Positions 19,195-39,941 are shown, counted from the first letter of the stretch. The stretch: 64,000 nt of DNA from Thermoleophilia bacterium (GCA_016780995.1 JADHKZ010000001.1:22473-86472); one strand, 5' to 3'. Program-made: numbers and translations. The notes: generated by a model not told the origin, from the sequence alone.

Positions 19195-19701
19195 TCAGGA
19201 CCGGCGGGCCCGGGTGGCGCGTCCCCCTGCGATAAGTCGCTGCAGCCGGCGGGTCTCGGCCAGCGCGTTCACCTGGCGGCGGTCGGCCGAGCTCCAGTGG
19301 CCCCGGCGCAGGCGCTCCTCACGCCCCTCGCGTGCCTCCACCCAGCGCTCATAGCCCTGGATGAGGCCGTTGATGGCGCCGGCCAGCGCGATGCCCTCGG
19401 GCGTGGCCGTGAACGGCCCCCCGTCCAGCGTGAGGCCCGCCGTCGGTGACCACGCCAGCTCGCCACCGCCGTCCTCCGACACCACGCGCAGGGAATCGGG
19501 TCCCACGCGCACCTGCGCGGCGTCCCACTCGCGCTTGAGCACGCCCTCCTCGACGGCGGGGCGGAAGCCGAACGCCCGCAGGCGCCTGCGCTCCTGGGGC
19601 GACGACCACACCTGGTGCGTGGAGTCGAGCAGGGGCACCAGCCGCGCCACGATGGCGTCGTCCTGCGACTCCCCGGTGCGGTGTGCAGCGCTGTCGTCCA
19701 C
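19195..19701 (-). CDS. hypothetical protein
   Basis: The GTG at 19701 inside track ORF 19195..19902 gives VDDSAAHRTGESQDDAIVARLVPLLDSTHQVWSS... Third positions are consistently G/C. No family recognised. Confidence 0.55.
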   Translation of the reverse strand: MDDSAAHRTGESQDDAIVARLVPLLDSTHQVWSSPQERRRLRAFGFRPAVEEGVLKREWDAAQVRVGPDSLRVVSEDGGGELAWSPTAGLTLDGGPFTATPEGIALAGAINGLIQGYERWVEAREGREERLRRGHWSSADRRQVNALAETRRLQRLIAGGRATRARRS

Positions 19702-19762
19702 CCCGTGAGTATGGCGCCGGGTTCGGCGGCGTGCCGCCTCCGGGGCATTGCGGAGGCAAAGG

Positions 19763-19770
19763 TGTATGAT
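19763..19770 (+). promoter_or_regulatory. candidate -10 region for rpoBC (TGTATGAT)
   Basis: Same octamer as upstream of rplK. Lies about 170 nt upstream of the rpoB TTG. No clear -35. Confidence 0.3.
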
Positions 19771-19942
19771 GCCCGCTCCGCCGTCGCCGCCCCTCGCGCC
19801 CACGCCCGGCGCGGCCGCAGTCGGCGGACGCGTACGACGTGCCCGGACCGCTGCTCGCCCACATACTCCGCGTCCTCGCGCCCACGGCGCCCGCCGCCGC
19901 ATGCCCGTTCACCAATGAGCTCACGTCAGGAGGCATTGCGAC

Positions 19943-28290
<8,348 letters not shown>

Positions 28291-28318
28291 CGGCAGGCAG
28301 GCATATGCAGGGCGCGGA

Positions 28319-28358
28319 GGGCGCCGTCGGGATCAGGTCCCGGCGGCGCCCTTCTTCC
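28319..28358 (+). terminator. intrinsic terminator after rpoC
   Basis: 14-bp stem GGGCGCCGTCGGGA/TCCCGGCGGCGCCC (one G-U pair), loop TCAGG, followed by TTCTTCC. Overlaps the 3' end of the convergent gene. Confidence 0.55.
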
Positions 28359-29112
28359 TGCGCTGCCAGAACCACATGGGCATGCGGCGGTCCTCCGGGT
28401 AGCGCGCATCCGCCCGGGCCTGGGAGCGCTCGCCGTACACGCGCCGCGCCCACCACGAGCTGGGGCGGGCCAGGCGCACGGCGCCGATGAACCCGAACAC
28501 CCACACGAGGAGGCCCAGCGCTCCGAGGGTCCACTTCCCCTTGAGGAAGCACACGACGGCGAAGGCGGCGGCCAGCACGTGCCATGCGCTGATGATCCAG
28601 CTCCCCGCGACGTTCGCGTTCACCCAGACATCGCGCCAGAACGGGATGCCCAGGGCGATGAGCCCCAGCACCGCGGCAAGGGTGATGACCGCGTCCACCG
28701 ATCGCCGCCCCTCCTGCTCCCAGTACACGTCCTTGAGCGTGAGCCACAGCGCGAACTCATCCAGGGTCAGCGCCGCGCCGATGCCGAACATCGTGGGCAC
28801 GATCAGCGCCGCCGCGCCGCCCGGCTGCCAGTCGATGGCGATGCCGATGACCCCGCTGATGAGCAGCAGGAAGATCCCGGGTACCAGGTGGTGCAGGTGC
28901 GTGCCGCCCACCGATATGTCGCCGAACGGGCCCTTGCCCGCCTTGATCATGTGCGTGATGGTGCGCGTGATCACGAATGTGACCAGGAAGGCCACGAGGG
29001 TCATCCACACGGTTCCGAGCCCGGTGGAGCGGATGCGCTCCTCGAACGCGTCCGCTACCGGGAAGATCTCCGCGAAGGCGCTGGCCGATGTCAGCAGGTC
29101 AGGGGAGGGCAT
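28333..29112 (-). CDS. integral membrane protein, unknown function
   Basis: Track ORF with several hydrophobic spans (VWMTLVAFLVTFVITR, LVPGIFLLLISGVIGIAI, AVITLAAVLGLIALGI, LGLLVWVFGFIGAV). Confidence 0.7.
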   Translation of the reverse strand: MPSPDLLTSASAFAEIFPVADAFEERIRSTGLGTVWMTLVAFLVTFVITRTITHMIKAGKGPFGDISVGGTHLHHLVPGIFLLLISGVIGIAIDWQPGGAAALIVPTMFGIGAALTLDEFALWLTLKDVYWEQEGRRSVDAVITLAAVLGLIALGIPFWRDVWVNANVAGSWIISAWHVLAAAFAVVCFLKGKWTLGALGLLVWVFGFIGAVRLARPSSWWARRVYGERSQARADARYPEDRRMPMWFWQRRKKGAAGT

Positions 29113-29144
29113 GGGCCTACGCTAGCGGCGGCCCCCGGCGGGCG

Positions 29145-29918
29145 TCAGCCGGGGAAGCGTACGTGCAGGTGGTCGTCGTGGTTGGGCCAGCGCACCACCA
29201 CGCCAGCCGGTCCGCGCAGGTCGAGGGACGGCCCGATGAGGACGAGCGACGCCCCGCGCGCCACCAGGCGGTCCACGATGTCCTGGGTGAGCGCCCGGTC
29301 GTAGTTGGACGGGTTCGCCGGGCCGCGCACCCGGTCGCGGCGGGGCAGGCGGATGTCCACGTCGAGCCCGTTCTGGTGCGACGCGTGCCCGTCGATGGTG
29401 CCGCCGCCCGCCCGCGCCAGGTCGCCGATGCCGATGGGCCCGGCACCGGGGTGCGTGGCCGCCCACCAGCGACCCAGATCCACCATCTCGCGCACCAGCC
29501 GGGCGGTGCCCCAGCGCGTCTGCAGCCCGCCGGGCTCGCTCTGCGTGCGCGGGTCATAGGTGTAGTAGCCGGTGCCCGACGCCGGCAGCCGCACCCCACC
29601 CGCCAGGTGGCCGCCGTTGGGCGACCCGCCGGCGCGGCTTCGCCGCCAGTTGATGATGGCCCCGGCCTGCTCGCCCGTCACCCGCATGGTGTCAGGCACC
29701 AGCACGGGCTCGCGAGGCACCGTCATGGTGACGGGGCTCGTGGGCACGGGAATGGTGGCCGCCGTGTCGTCGGGCAGCGCCGCGGCAAGGGGAACCGAGC
29801 ACGCCAGCAGGCCGATCATGCCGATCCAGGCGGCGCGGCCGCGCGCGTGGCGCCGGGCCTCGCGGCGATGGCCGCAGGCCACGCAGGGGCAGGGCGTCGT
29901 GAGGAGGCGTGGGCTCAT
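29145..29918 (-). CDS. murein endopeptidase-like LAS metallopeptidase (MepA/M74-like)
   Basis: GHASHQNGLDVDIRLP and NHDDHLHVRF resemble the MepA zinc-ligand motifs. N-terminal hydrophobic signal or anchor. Confidence 0.65.
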   Translation of the reverse strand: MSPRLLTTPCPCVACGHRREARRHARGRAAWIGMIGLLACSVPLAAALPDDTAATIPVPTSPVTMTVPREPVLVPDTMRVTGEQAGAIINWRRSRAGGSPNGGHLAGGVRLPASGTGYYTYDPRTQSEPGGLQTRWGTARLVREMVDLGRWWAATHPGAGPIGIGDLARAGGGTIDGHASHQNGLDVDIRLPRRDRVRGPANPSNYDRALTQDIVDRLVARGASLVLIGPSLDLRGPAGVVVRWPNHDDHLHVRFPG

Positions 29919-30040
29919 GGGCCGGGCACGCTAGGCACCTGCCGCACGCCCGTGGGAAATGCCCGTTTCGGGTTGGTGCCGTCGACGCGTGCGACCGGTC
30001 TCCTGCCCTGTTCGCAGGGCTGCCCTACCATCACGCGGCG

Positions 30041-30805
30041 ATGTCCCGATTGGCCCGCCCTGCATTCCTCATCCCCCTGGTGGCCGTGCTGGTGCTCATC
30101 GGCGCGGGCGCGTGGTGGTGGTCGCAGGCGCAGAGCAGCACTCCGGTGTCGGAGCAGCAGGCCCAGCAGGAGTTCGGCGGTGGTGACGAGGCCCCCCGCG
30201 TGGCGCCCGGCGGCCCGCGTGCCGGGGTGTGGAACTACCGCGCCACCGGTGATGAGACCGTGGGCGCCGGCCCGATCACGGTGGACCGTCGCCTGCCGGC
30301 CACGGCGCGCGTGGTGGTGCGACCCGCCCCGGGCGGCTTCTGGCGCACGCTGGTGCTCAGCGAGGAGCACGTGGAGGCATCACGGCTGCGGGTGCGCCCC
30401 CGGGGCACCTACGTGGTGGAGCGCGTCACCACGGTGAAGGTGGCGGGCATCGGCCGCGACGACCGACAGATGCTGGTACCGCCCGCGCTGTCGCTCCCGC
30501 GCTCCATGGAGCGCGGTGATTCCTGGGTGGAGCGTTACCGCCTGGACGAGGTGCGGGTGGTCACCCGCGCCCGCGTGGTGCGGGCCACCACCGTGGACGT
30601 GGGCGGGCAGCAGGTGCCGGTGGTGCTCATCGACAAGAAGGGCACCGTCACCGGGCCCATCGAGGGATTTCGCGACGACCTGATGTGGTGGTCGCCCGAG
30701 ATGGACATGCCCGTGCGCTGGAAGATGGCCACCAAGCTGGACGGCTTCGCCTCCATCCGCACCGATGCCGACCTGGTGCTGGAGAGCACCGAGCCCACTA
30801 CCTGA
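30041..30805 (+). CDS. hypothetical membrane-anchored or secreted protein
   Basis: ATG at 30041 gives MSRLARPAFLIPLVAVLVLIGAGAWWW followed by a soluble domain. The stop overlaps the next start (TGATG). Confidence 0.6.
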   Translation: MSRLARPAFLIPLVAVLVLIGAGAWWWSQAQSSTPVSEQQAQQEFGGGDEAPRVAPGGPRAGVWNYRATGDETVGAGPITVDRRLPATARVVVRPAPGGFWRTLVLSEEHVEASRLRVRPRGTYVVERVTTVKVAGIGRDDRQMLVPPALSLPRSMERGDSWVERYRLDEVRVVTRARVVRATTVDVGGQQVPVVLIDKKGTVTGPIEGFRDDLMWWSPEMDMPVRWKMATKLDGFASIRTDADLVLESTEPTT

Positions 30806-31707
30806 TGGGCCCCGTGTCGGGGGACCGGGCGCCCCTGCCCGTGGTGCTGCTGGCCGTGGTGGCCGGCGTGCTGGCGTTCACCACCGACCAGCCCCTGGTG
30901 CTGGCGGCGCTGGCGGTGGGAGCCATGGTGCTGCTGCGCGCCGCGCCAGGGCATCCCGGGCGGCTCGTGCTGATCGGTGCCGTCATCTCGGCCGTGGCGG
31001 TGTTCGTGCTCACGCCGCTGCTCACCGCGCAGGGTGACCTGGTCCTGTTCGCCATCCCCGTTCCCCCGCCGCTGAATGGCGAGATCACGGCCGAGGCCGT
31101 GGTGCAGGGCGCCACGGCGGCGGCACGCGTGGTGGCCACCATCGCGCTTGCGGCGGCCATATTCGCCTGGGCCGACCCCGACCGCATGCTGGCGGGCCTG
31201 GGGCGCGTGGCCCCCAAGTCGGCCCTGGTCACGGCGCTGGCGGCCCGCCTGGTGCCCACCATGCGCCGTGACGCCCGCGCCATCTCCGAGGCCGCGCGCC
31301 TGCGCGGCGTGGCGCTGACCACGGGCCCCCGCCTGCAGCGTGCGCGGGCCGCCGCGCCCCTGGCGTTGCCGCTGGTGGGATCGGCGCTGGAGCGCGGGCT
31401 GGATGCGGCCGAGGCAATGGCGGCGCGCGGCTACGGCGAGGGTCGGCGCACGCGGCTGCCCGAGCGCCGGCGCGACGCGGGGGAGTGGGTCGTGCTGGCG
31501 CTGGCGGTCCTCCTGGTACCCGTGGTGGCGTGGGCCATCGCCTCCGGAGCCGCGGGGTTCGCCTTCTACCCGGTGCTGGGTCCGGTGGTCACGCCGGGCG
31601 CCGTGGTGCTGGCCCTGGCCGCGCTGGTGGCCCTGCTGGCCTCCGCCCTCGTGCTGGCTGTCACCGGCACCCGCCCGAGTGGTGTTGGCCCGCCTGATTC
31701 CCCGTGA
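30805..31707 (+). CDS. energy-coupling-factor transporter T component-like (EcfT/CbiQ family)
   Basis: Polytopic protein with two coupling-helix Ala-Arg-Gly motifs ([13 protein letters not shown] and [12 protein letters not shown]), typical of EcfT/CbiQ. Confidence 0.65.
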   Translation: MGPVSGDRAPLPVVLLAVVAGVLAFTTDQPLVLAALAVGAMVLLRAAPGHPGRLVLIGAVISAVAVFVLTPLLTAQGDLVLFAIPVPPPLNGEITAEAVVQGATAAARVVATIALAAAIFAWADPDRMLAGLGRVAPKSALVTALAARLVPTMRRDARAISEAARLRGVALTTGPRLQRARAAAPLALPLVGSALERGLDAAEAMAARGYGEGRRTRLPERRRDAGEWVVLALAVLLVPVVAWAIASGAAGFAFYPVLGPVVTPGAVVLALAALVALLASALVLAVTGTRPSGVGPPDSP

Positions 31708-31713
31708 TACGGT
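31685..31713 (+). promoter_or_regulatory. candidate rpsL promoter (TTGGCC, 17 nt, TGaTACGGT)
   Basis: A -35-like hexamer at 31685-31690, a 17-nt spacer, then an extended -10 at 31705-31713, 61 nt upstream of the rpsL GTG. Overlaps the 3' end of the EcfT-like gene. Confidence 0.45.
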
Positions 31714-31774
31714 CCCGGACCGCTCGCCCCGAGGGGTGGGCCGGTGTTCCACGTCCACAGTCCGGAAGAGGCTC

Positions 31775-32146
31775 GTGCCTACGATCAACCAGATGGTCCG
31801 CAAGGGCCGAAAGCCCAAGGCGACCAAGACCTCCACGCCCGCGCTCCGCGGCGCGCCGCAGAAGCGCGGGGTGTGCACCAGGGTCTACACCACCACCCCG
31901 AAGAAGCCGAACTCGGCGCTGCGCAAGGTTGCGCGTGTGCGGCTGACCAACGGGATGGAGGTCACGAGCTACATCCCCGGCGAGGGCCACAACCTGCAGG
32001 AGCACTCCGTTGTGCTGGTGCGTGGTGGCCGCGTGAAGGACCTTCCGGGCGTCCGGTACAAGGTCATCCGCGCCGCCCTCGACACCGCCGGCGTGTCCGA
32101 CCGCAAGCAGGCCCGTTCCAAGTACGGCGCCAAGACCCCGAAGTAG
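31775..32146 (+). CDS. rpsL: 30S ribosomal protein S12
   Basis: [57 protein letters not shown]. Confidence 0.97.
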   Translation: MPTINQMVRKGRKPKATKTSTPALRGAPQKRGVCTRVYTTTPKKPNSALRKVARVRLTNGMEVTSYIPGEGHNLQEHSVVLVRGGRVKDLPGVRYKVIRAALDTAGVSDRKQARSKYGAKTPK

Positions 32147-32150
32147 GCAC

Positions 32151-32621
32151 ATGCCCCGCCGCGCAGCAATCACCCGCCGTCCGCTCATCCCGGACCCCGT
32201 CTACGACAACGTCGTCGTGACGCAGCTCATCAACAAGGTCCTCCTCGACGGCAAGAAGTCCGTGGCCGAGCGCACCGTGTACGACGCCCTCGAGCGCATC
32301 CGCGAGCGCACCGGCCGCGACCCGGTCCAGGTGATGGAGGAGGCCATCCGCAACGTGACGCCCGTGCTCGAGGTCAAGAGCCGACGCGTGGGTGGCGCCA
32401 CCTACCAGGTCCCCATCGAGGTGCCGCCGCGCCGCGGCCGCACCCTCGCCATCCGCTGGATCGTGCTTTTCGCGCGGCAGCGCCGCGAGAAGCAGATGAG
32501 CGAGCGACTCGCCAACGAGCTGCTGGACGCCCTCGGATCGCAGGGTGGCGCGTTCAAGCGCAAGGACGACATCTACCGCATGGCCCAGGCCAACAAGGCC
32601 TTCGCGCACTACCGCTGGTAG
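32151..32621 (+). CDS. rpsG: 30S ribosomal protein S7
   Basis: [47 protein letters not shown]. Confidence 0.97.
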   Translation: MPRRAAITRRPLIPDPVYDNVVVTQLINKVLLDGKKSVAERTVYDALERIRERTGRDPVQVMEEAIRNVTPVLEVKSRRVGGATYQVPIEVPPRRGRTLAIRWIVLFARQRREKQMSERLANELLDALGSQGGAFKRKDDIYRMAQANKAFAHYRW

Positions 32622-32629
32622 CCCCCGTT

Positions 32630-32658
32630 CCCCGTCCATCCCGGACGGGGTTCGGCTT
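32630..32658 (+). terminator. hairpin or attenuator between rpsG and fusA
   Basis: CCCCGTCC-ATCCC-GGACGGGG (8-bp stem) followed by TTCGGCTT. Confidence 0.35.
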
Positions 32659-32666
32659 GCATTAAT
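32658..32666 (+). promoter_or_regulatory. candidate internal extended -10 (TGcATTAAT) before fusA
   Basis: AT-rich island in an otherwise GC-rich spacer, 58 nt upstream of the fusA GTG. Confidence 0.3.
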
Positions 32667-32723
32667 CAGAGACGACGCGGGGGAACATCTCCCGTGCCAT
32701 ACGTGACGGACAGGTGAGATTCA

Positions 32724-34817
<2,094 letters not shown>

Positions 34818-34827
34818 CCGCCCGCGG

Positions 34828-37509
34828 CTATTCGTGCAGGAGGCGTGACAGGTGCACGGCGGGGTGCTCGGCCTCGCGGCCCGTCAGGTCGCGTATCTGC
34901 TGGCGGCAGCTCACGCCCGCGGCCACCACGGGGGCGGCTGACGCCCGCACCTGCGGGGCCAGCCGGTCCTCGCCGATGAGGCGCGACTCCTCGGGGTGCT
35001 GGTAGCCGAACGCGCCGGCCATGCCGCAGCACCCGGCATCGGTGGCGTGGGCGCCCGGGCCCAGCGCGGCCACGGCCGCGGTGTCACCGTCGGCGCGCGC
35101 ATGGCAGTGGCGGTGCACCAGGGGCGCGTCGGCCATGCCGGCCACCTCCAGGCCCAGGTCCATCACGGCCTGCTCGAACGACACCACGGCGCCGGCCACC
35201 CACTGCGACCGGGGATCGTCGGGCAGCAGCCACGGCAGGTCGGACGCCAGCATCGACAGGCACGAGGGCTCCAGCACCACGATGGGGTGGCCGCCCATGG
35301 CCCATGGCGCAAGGGTGTCCAGCACCTTGGCCCCCTGGCTGCGCGCCAGGTCGGGCATGCCCTGCGACAGCGCGGGCCGGCCGCAGCACCCGCCCGACAG
35401 CACCCGCACCCCGGCGCCTGCGGTCGTGAGCACCCGCACCGCGGCGTCGCCCACAGGCGGATGCAGGAACCGCGTCCAGGTGTCGGCGAACAGCCCCATC
35501 GGCGTTCCCTGCCCCTGGCCCCGCGGCGGCTTCCACTCGCGCACGGGCATGGGTACCGGGCGTCCCATGCGGCGCTCCGCCGCCCGCGCCATGCGCCGCG
35601 CCAGGCGCGGCGACGCCGACCCCGCGCGCATCACGTCGTGCGCGTGCGCCGCGGCCAGCACCGACGGCGGCGGGCGCCGCTCGGCGTGCCGGTGCACCAG
35701 CGCCTCCACCTTCAGGCGCGACATGTCCACGCCGGCCGGGCACTCGGTGGCGCATGCCCGGCACGACAGGCACAGGTCCATGGCCTCGGCCAGGCCGGGG
35801 TCCGCCAGCCCCAGGTCCAGGTGGCCCTCCAGAGCCGCGCGCAGCAGCACGGCCCGCCCGCGCGTGGAGTGGCGCTCGTCGCGCAGCGCCTGGTACGAGG
35901 GGCACATCACGGCGTCCGACCTGCGGCACTGGCCGTTGCCATTGCACGCTTCGGCCGCGCGCTGCAGACCGCCCGCGTGGTCGAACGGCACCGCCGTGCT
36001 CATGTGGTGGAGCGGGGGGGAGGACTGGATGCGCAGGCCCTCGTCCATCGGCTCGGGACGGGCGATGATGCCCGGGTTCAGGATGCCCTGCGGGTCGAGC
36101 GCGTGCTTCACCTGCGCGAACCGCGTGATGAGGTCGTCGCCGTACATGCGCGGAAGCATCTCGCCGCGGAGCCTGCCGTCGCCGTGCTCGCCCGACAGCG
36201 ACCCGCCATGCGCGGCCACCAGGTCGGCCACGCCCTCGGCCACGCGCCGCACCCGCGCCACGGCGCCCTCTTCCCGCAGGTCCACCATGGGGCGGATGTG
36301 CAGGCACCCCACGCTGGCGTGGCCATACCACACCGCGTCGCCCAGCCCCTCGTGGGCCAGCAGGCGCCGCACCTCGCGTGCGAACGCGGCCAGCTGGTCG
36401 GGCGGTACCGCGGGGTCCTCGATGAACGGGATGGGCTTCTGGTCGCCCTCGGTGCGAAGCGCGCGGGCGATGCCGGTGCGCCGGATGGTCCACACCGCGG
36501 CCTGGTCGCGCGGCTCGGTGACCACCGTGGCGCCCGCCAACGCGCGCGCCTGCCCCACGGCCTGCCCCCGCTCTCCTGAGTACTCCACCACCAACATCGC
36601 GGGCGCCCGGCCCAGCAGGCCGAGCAGCGCGCGCTCGGCCGGCTGGCGGTTGGCCGGGTCCACCAGCGACGCGTCCATCAGCTCCACGGCCGACGGCCCC
36701 GTGGCGATGAGGGCGGGCACGGCCTCCAGCGCGGCGTCGACGTCGGGGAAGGGCATGATGGCCAGCGCCCGCTCATCGGGCACCGGCACCAATCGCACCA
36801 CGGCCTGGCGCAGCACCGCCAGCGTGCCCTCGCTCCCGGAGAGAAACGCCGGCCAGTCGGGTTGGGGCCCCACCAGGCGATCCAGCGCATATCCGGACAC
36901 CCGGCGCATGAGGGAGGGGAAACCCCGGTCGGTTGCAACCGCCCGCGCGGCCTCCAGCGTCGCCGGCGCCGCGCCGCCCCTGCGCAGCGACGCCTGCGTG
37001 CCGTCGGCCAGCACCACGTCCAGCTGCACCAGGTTGTCGGCGGTCATCCCGTGCACGATCGACCGGGCGCCCGCGGAGTTGTTGCCGATCATCCCGCCCA
37101 GGGTGGCGCGACTGCCGGTGGCCACATCGGGCCCGAACATGAGCCCGTGCGCGGCCGCCACCCGGTTGAGCTCGTCCAGCACCACCCCCGGCCCCACGCG
37201 CGCGGTCATGGATCCTGCGTCCACCTCCAGGTCGCGCAGCCGCGAGCAGTCCACCACCAGACCGCGGCCCACCGCCTGCCCGGCCAGGCTGGTGCCCGCA
37301 CCCCGCATGGTGAGCGGGATGTCGTGGCGCGCGCAGGCGTCCACGGCCAGCGCCAGGTCGTCCGCATGCCCGGCCAGCAGCGCACCCACCGGCACGCGGC
37401 GGTACAGGCTGGCGTCCACGGCGTAGATCTCGCGGGTGGCCGCATCGCCGCGCACCGTCCCCCGCGCTTCGCGGGCCAGTTCCAGCAGCGCCTGACGGGC
37501 GGGATCCAT
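34828..37509 (-). CDS. fused FAD-linked oxidase (GlcD-like) / Fe-S (GlcF-like) oxidoreductase
   Basis: N-terminal FAD-binding PCMH-type region (PLTMRGAGTSLAGQAVG...GGMIGNNSAGARS). C-terminal half has Cys clusters (CNGNGQCRRSDAVMCPSYQ and CLSCRACATECPAGVD). Confidence 0.8.
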   Translation of the reverse strand: MDPARQALLELAREARGTVRGDAATREIYAVDASLYRRVPVGALLAGHADDLALAVDACARHDIPLTMRGAGTSLAGQAVGRGLVVDCSRLRDLEVDAGSMTARVGPGVVLDELNRVAAAHGLMFGPDVATGSRATLGGMIGNNSAGARSIVHGMTADNLVQLDVVLADGTQASLRRGGAAPATLEAARAVATDRGFPSLMRRVSGYALDRLVGPQPDWPAFLSGSEGTLAVLRQAVVRLVPVPDERALAIMPFPDVDAALEAVPALIATGPSAVELMDASLVDPANRQPAERALLGLLGRAPAMLVVEYSGERGQAVGQARALAGATVVTEPRDQAAVWTIRRTGIARALRTEGDQKPIPFIEDPAVPPDQLAAFAREVRRLLAHEGLGDAVWYGHASVGCLHIRPMVDLREEGAVARVRRVAEGVADLVAAHGGSLSGEHGDGRLRGEMLPRMYGDDLITRFAQVKHALDPQGILNPGIIARPEPMDEGLRIQSSPPLHHMSTAVPFDHAGGLQRAAEACNGNGQCRRSDAVMCPSYQALRDERHSTRGRAVLLRAALEGHLDLGLADPGLAEAMDLCLSCRACATECPAGVDMSRLKVEALVHRHAERRPPPSVLAAAHAHDVMRAGSASPRLARRMARAAERRMGRPVPMPVREWKPPRGQGQGTPMGLFADTWTRFLHPPVGDAAVRVLTTAGAGVRVLSGGCCGRPALSQGMPDLARSQGAKVLDTLAPWAMGGHPIVVLEPSCLSMLASDLPWLLPDDPRSQWVAGAVVSFEQAVMDLGLEVAGMADAPLVHRHCHARADGDTAAVAALGPGAHATDAGCCGMAGAFGYQHPEESRLIGEDRLAPQVRASAAPVVAAGVSCRQQIRDLTGREAEHPAVHLSRLLHE

Positions 37510-37548
37510 GGGTTCGATCCTATGCGTGACGGATCACCGAAGTCGCGC

Positions 37549-37576
37549 TTGCGAGCCGCCCGCCGCGTGCTATGTT
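37549..37576 (+). promoter_or_regulatory. candidate tuf promoter (TTGCGA, 16 nt, TGcTATGTT)
   Basis: A -35-like hexamer at 37549-37554 and an extended -10 at 37568-37576. Implies a 5'UTR of about 135 nt. Confidence 0.45.
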
Positions 37577-37718
37577 CCCCCGGCTCGAAAGAGCAACGGC
37601 CTTCACACGCGCGGCCATTCAGGGCCGCGCGTTGCATGTGGAAGCCTTTTCGGAAGCACTCAGCGGGTGGCGACCCGGATGGTCGCACGCCCGCTCGGAC
37701 GCGCATGAGGAGCATGGG

Positions 37719-38906
<1,188 letters not shown>

Positions 38907-38921
38907 CAGTTCCCGTAGTGC

Positions 38922-38961
38922 GGGCCCCGTCGCCCCTTGAGGGCGGCGGGGCCCTCGTTTT
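38922..38961 (+). terminator. intrinsic terminator after tuf
   Basis: 14-bp stem GGGCCCCGTCGCCC/GGGCGGCGGGGCCC (one G-U pair), loop CTTGA, followed by TCGTTTT. Confidence 0.7.
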
Positions 38962-38997
38962 CCCCGGGCAGCACCAGACGAACGAGAAGACCGAACC

Positions 38998-39309
38998 TTG
39001 ATCACGCAGAACAAGATCCGAATCAGGCTCAAGGCCTATGACCATGAGCTGATCGACAAGAGCGCGGCGTCCATCGTGGAGACCGCGCAGCGGAGTGGCG
39101 CGACCATCTCCGGGCCCGTGCCGCTCCCCACCGAGTGCCACCGCTACTGCGTCATCAAGGGTCCGTTCAAGGACAAGGACTCGCGCGAGCACTTCGAGGT
39201 GCGCACGCACAAGCGCCTCATCGACATCTTCTCGCCCACCCCCAAGACGGTGGACTCGCTCATGCGCCTGGACCTTCCCGCCGGCGTCGACATCGAGATC
39301 AAGGTCTGA
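38998..39309 (+). CDS. rpsJ: 30S ribosomal protein S10
   Basis: [47 protein letters not shown] start. Confidence 0.97.
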   Translation: MITQNKIRIRLKAYDHELIDKSAASIVETAQRSGATISGPVPLPTECHRYCVIKGPFKDKDSREHFEVRTHKRLIDIFSPTPKTVDSLMRLDLPAGVDIEIKV

Positions 39310-39311
39310 CC

Positions 39312-39941
39312 GTGGCGGCGATCATCGGACGCAAGGTCGGAATGACCCAGATCTTCGCCGAGGACGGCCAGCGCGTGCCGCTGACCGTCATCGAGGCGGG
39401 CCCCTGCCCCGTGGTGCAGGTGAAGACCGAGGAGCGCGACGGCTACTCCGCCGTGCAGCTGGGCTTCGGCGCCTCAAAGGCGAAGCACATCAACAAGCCC
39501 GAGCAGGGCCACCTGCAGAAGTCGGGTTCCCCGCTCATGCGCCACCTGCACGAGTTCTCGATGGACGACCTTGGCCCGGGTGCCGAGGAGATCGCCGAGG
39601 GACAGGTGGTCACGGTGTCGTCGTTCGTGCCCGGCTCCTACGTGAAGGTGACCGGCACCTCCAAGGGCAAGGGCTACGCCGGCACCATCAAGCGGCACAA
39701 CTTCGCAAGCGGCCCCAAGAGCCACGGCTCGCACAACGTGCGCCGACCCGGCTCCATCGGCGCCGCGGCCTACCCCGCCCGCGTGTTCAAGGGCCAGCGC
39801 ATGAGCGGCCACATGGGCGCGCGCCAGGTCACCCAGCGCGGCCTGCAGGTGGTCGACCGCGACCCGGAGCGCAACATCCTGCTGGTCAAGGGCGCCGTGC
39901 CCGGGGCCGTGGGTTCGATCGTGTTCGTGAGGCCCGACTGA
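39312..39941 (+). CDS. rplC: 50S ribosomal protein L3
   Basis: VAAIIGRKVGMTQIFAEDGQRVPLTVIEAGPCPVVQVKT. GTG at 39312. Confidence 0.97.
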   Translation: MAAIIGRKVGMTQIFAEDGQRVPLTVIEAGPCPVVQVKTEERDGYSAVQLGFGASKAKHINKPEQGHLQKSGSPLMRHLHEFSMDDLGPGAEEIAEGQVVTVSSFVPGSYVKVTGTSKGKGYAGTIKRHNFASGPKSHGSHNVRRPGSIGAAAYPARVFKGQRMSGHMGARQVTQRGLQVVDRDPERNILLVKGAVPGAVGSIVFVRPD

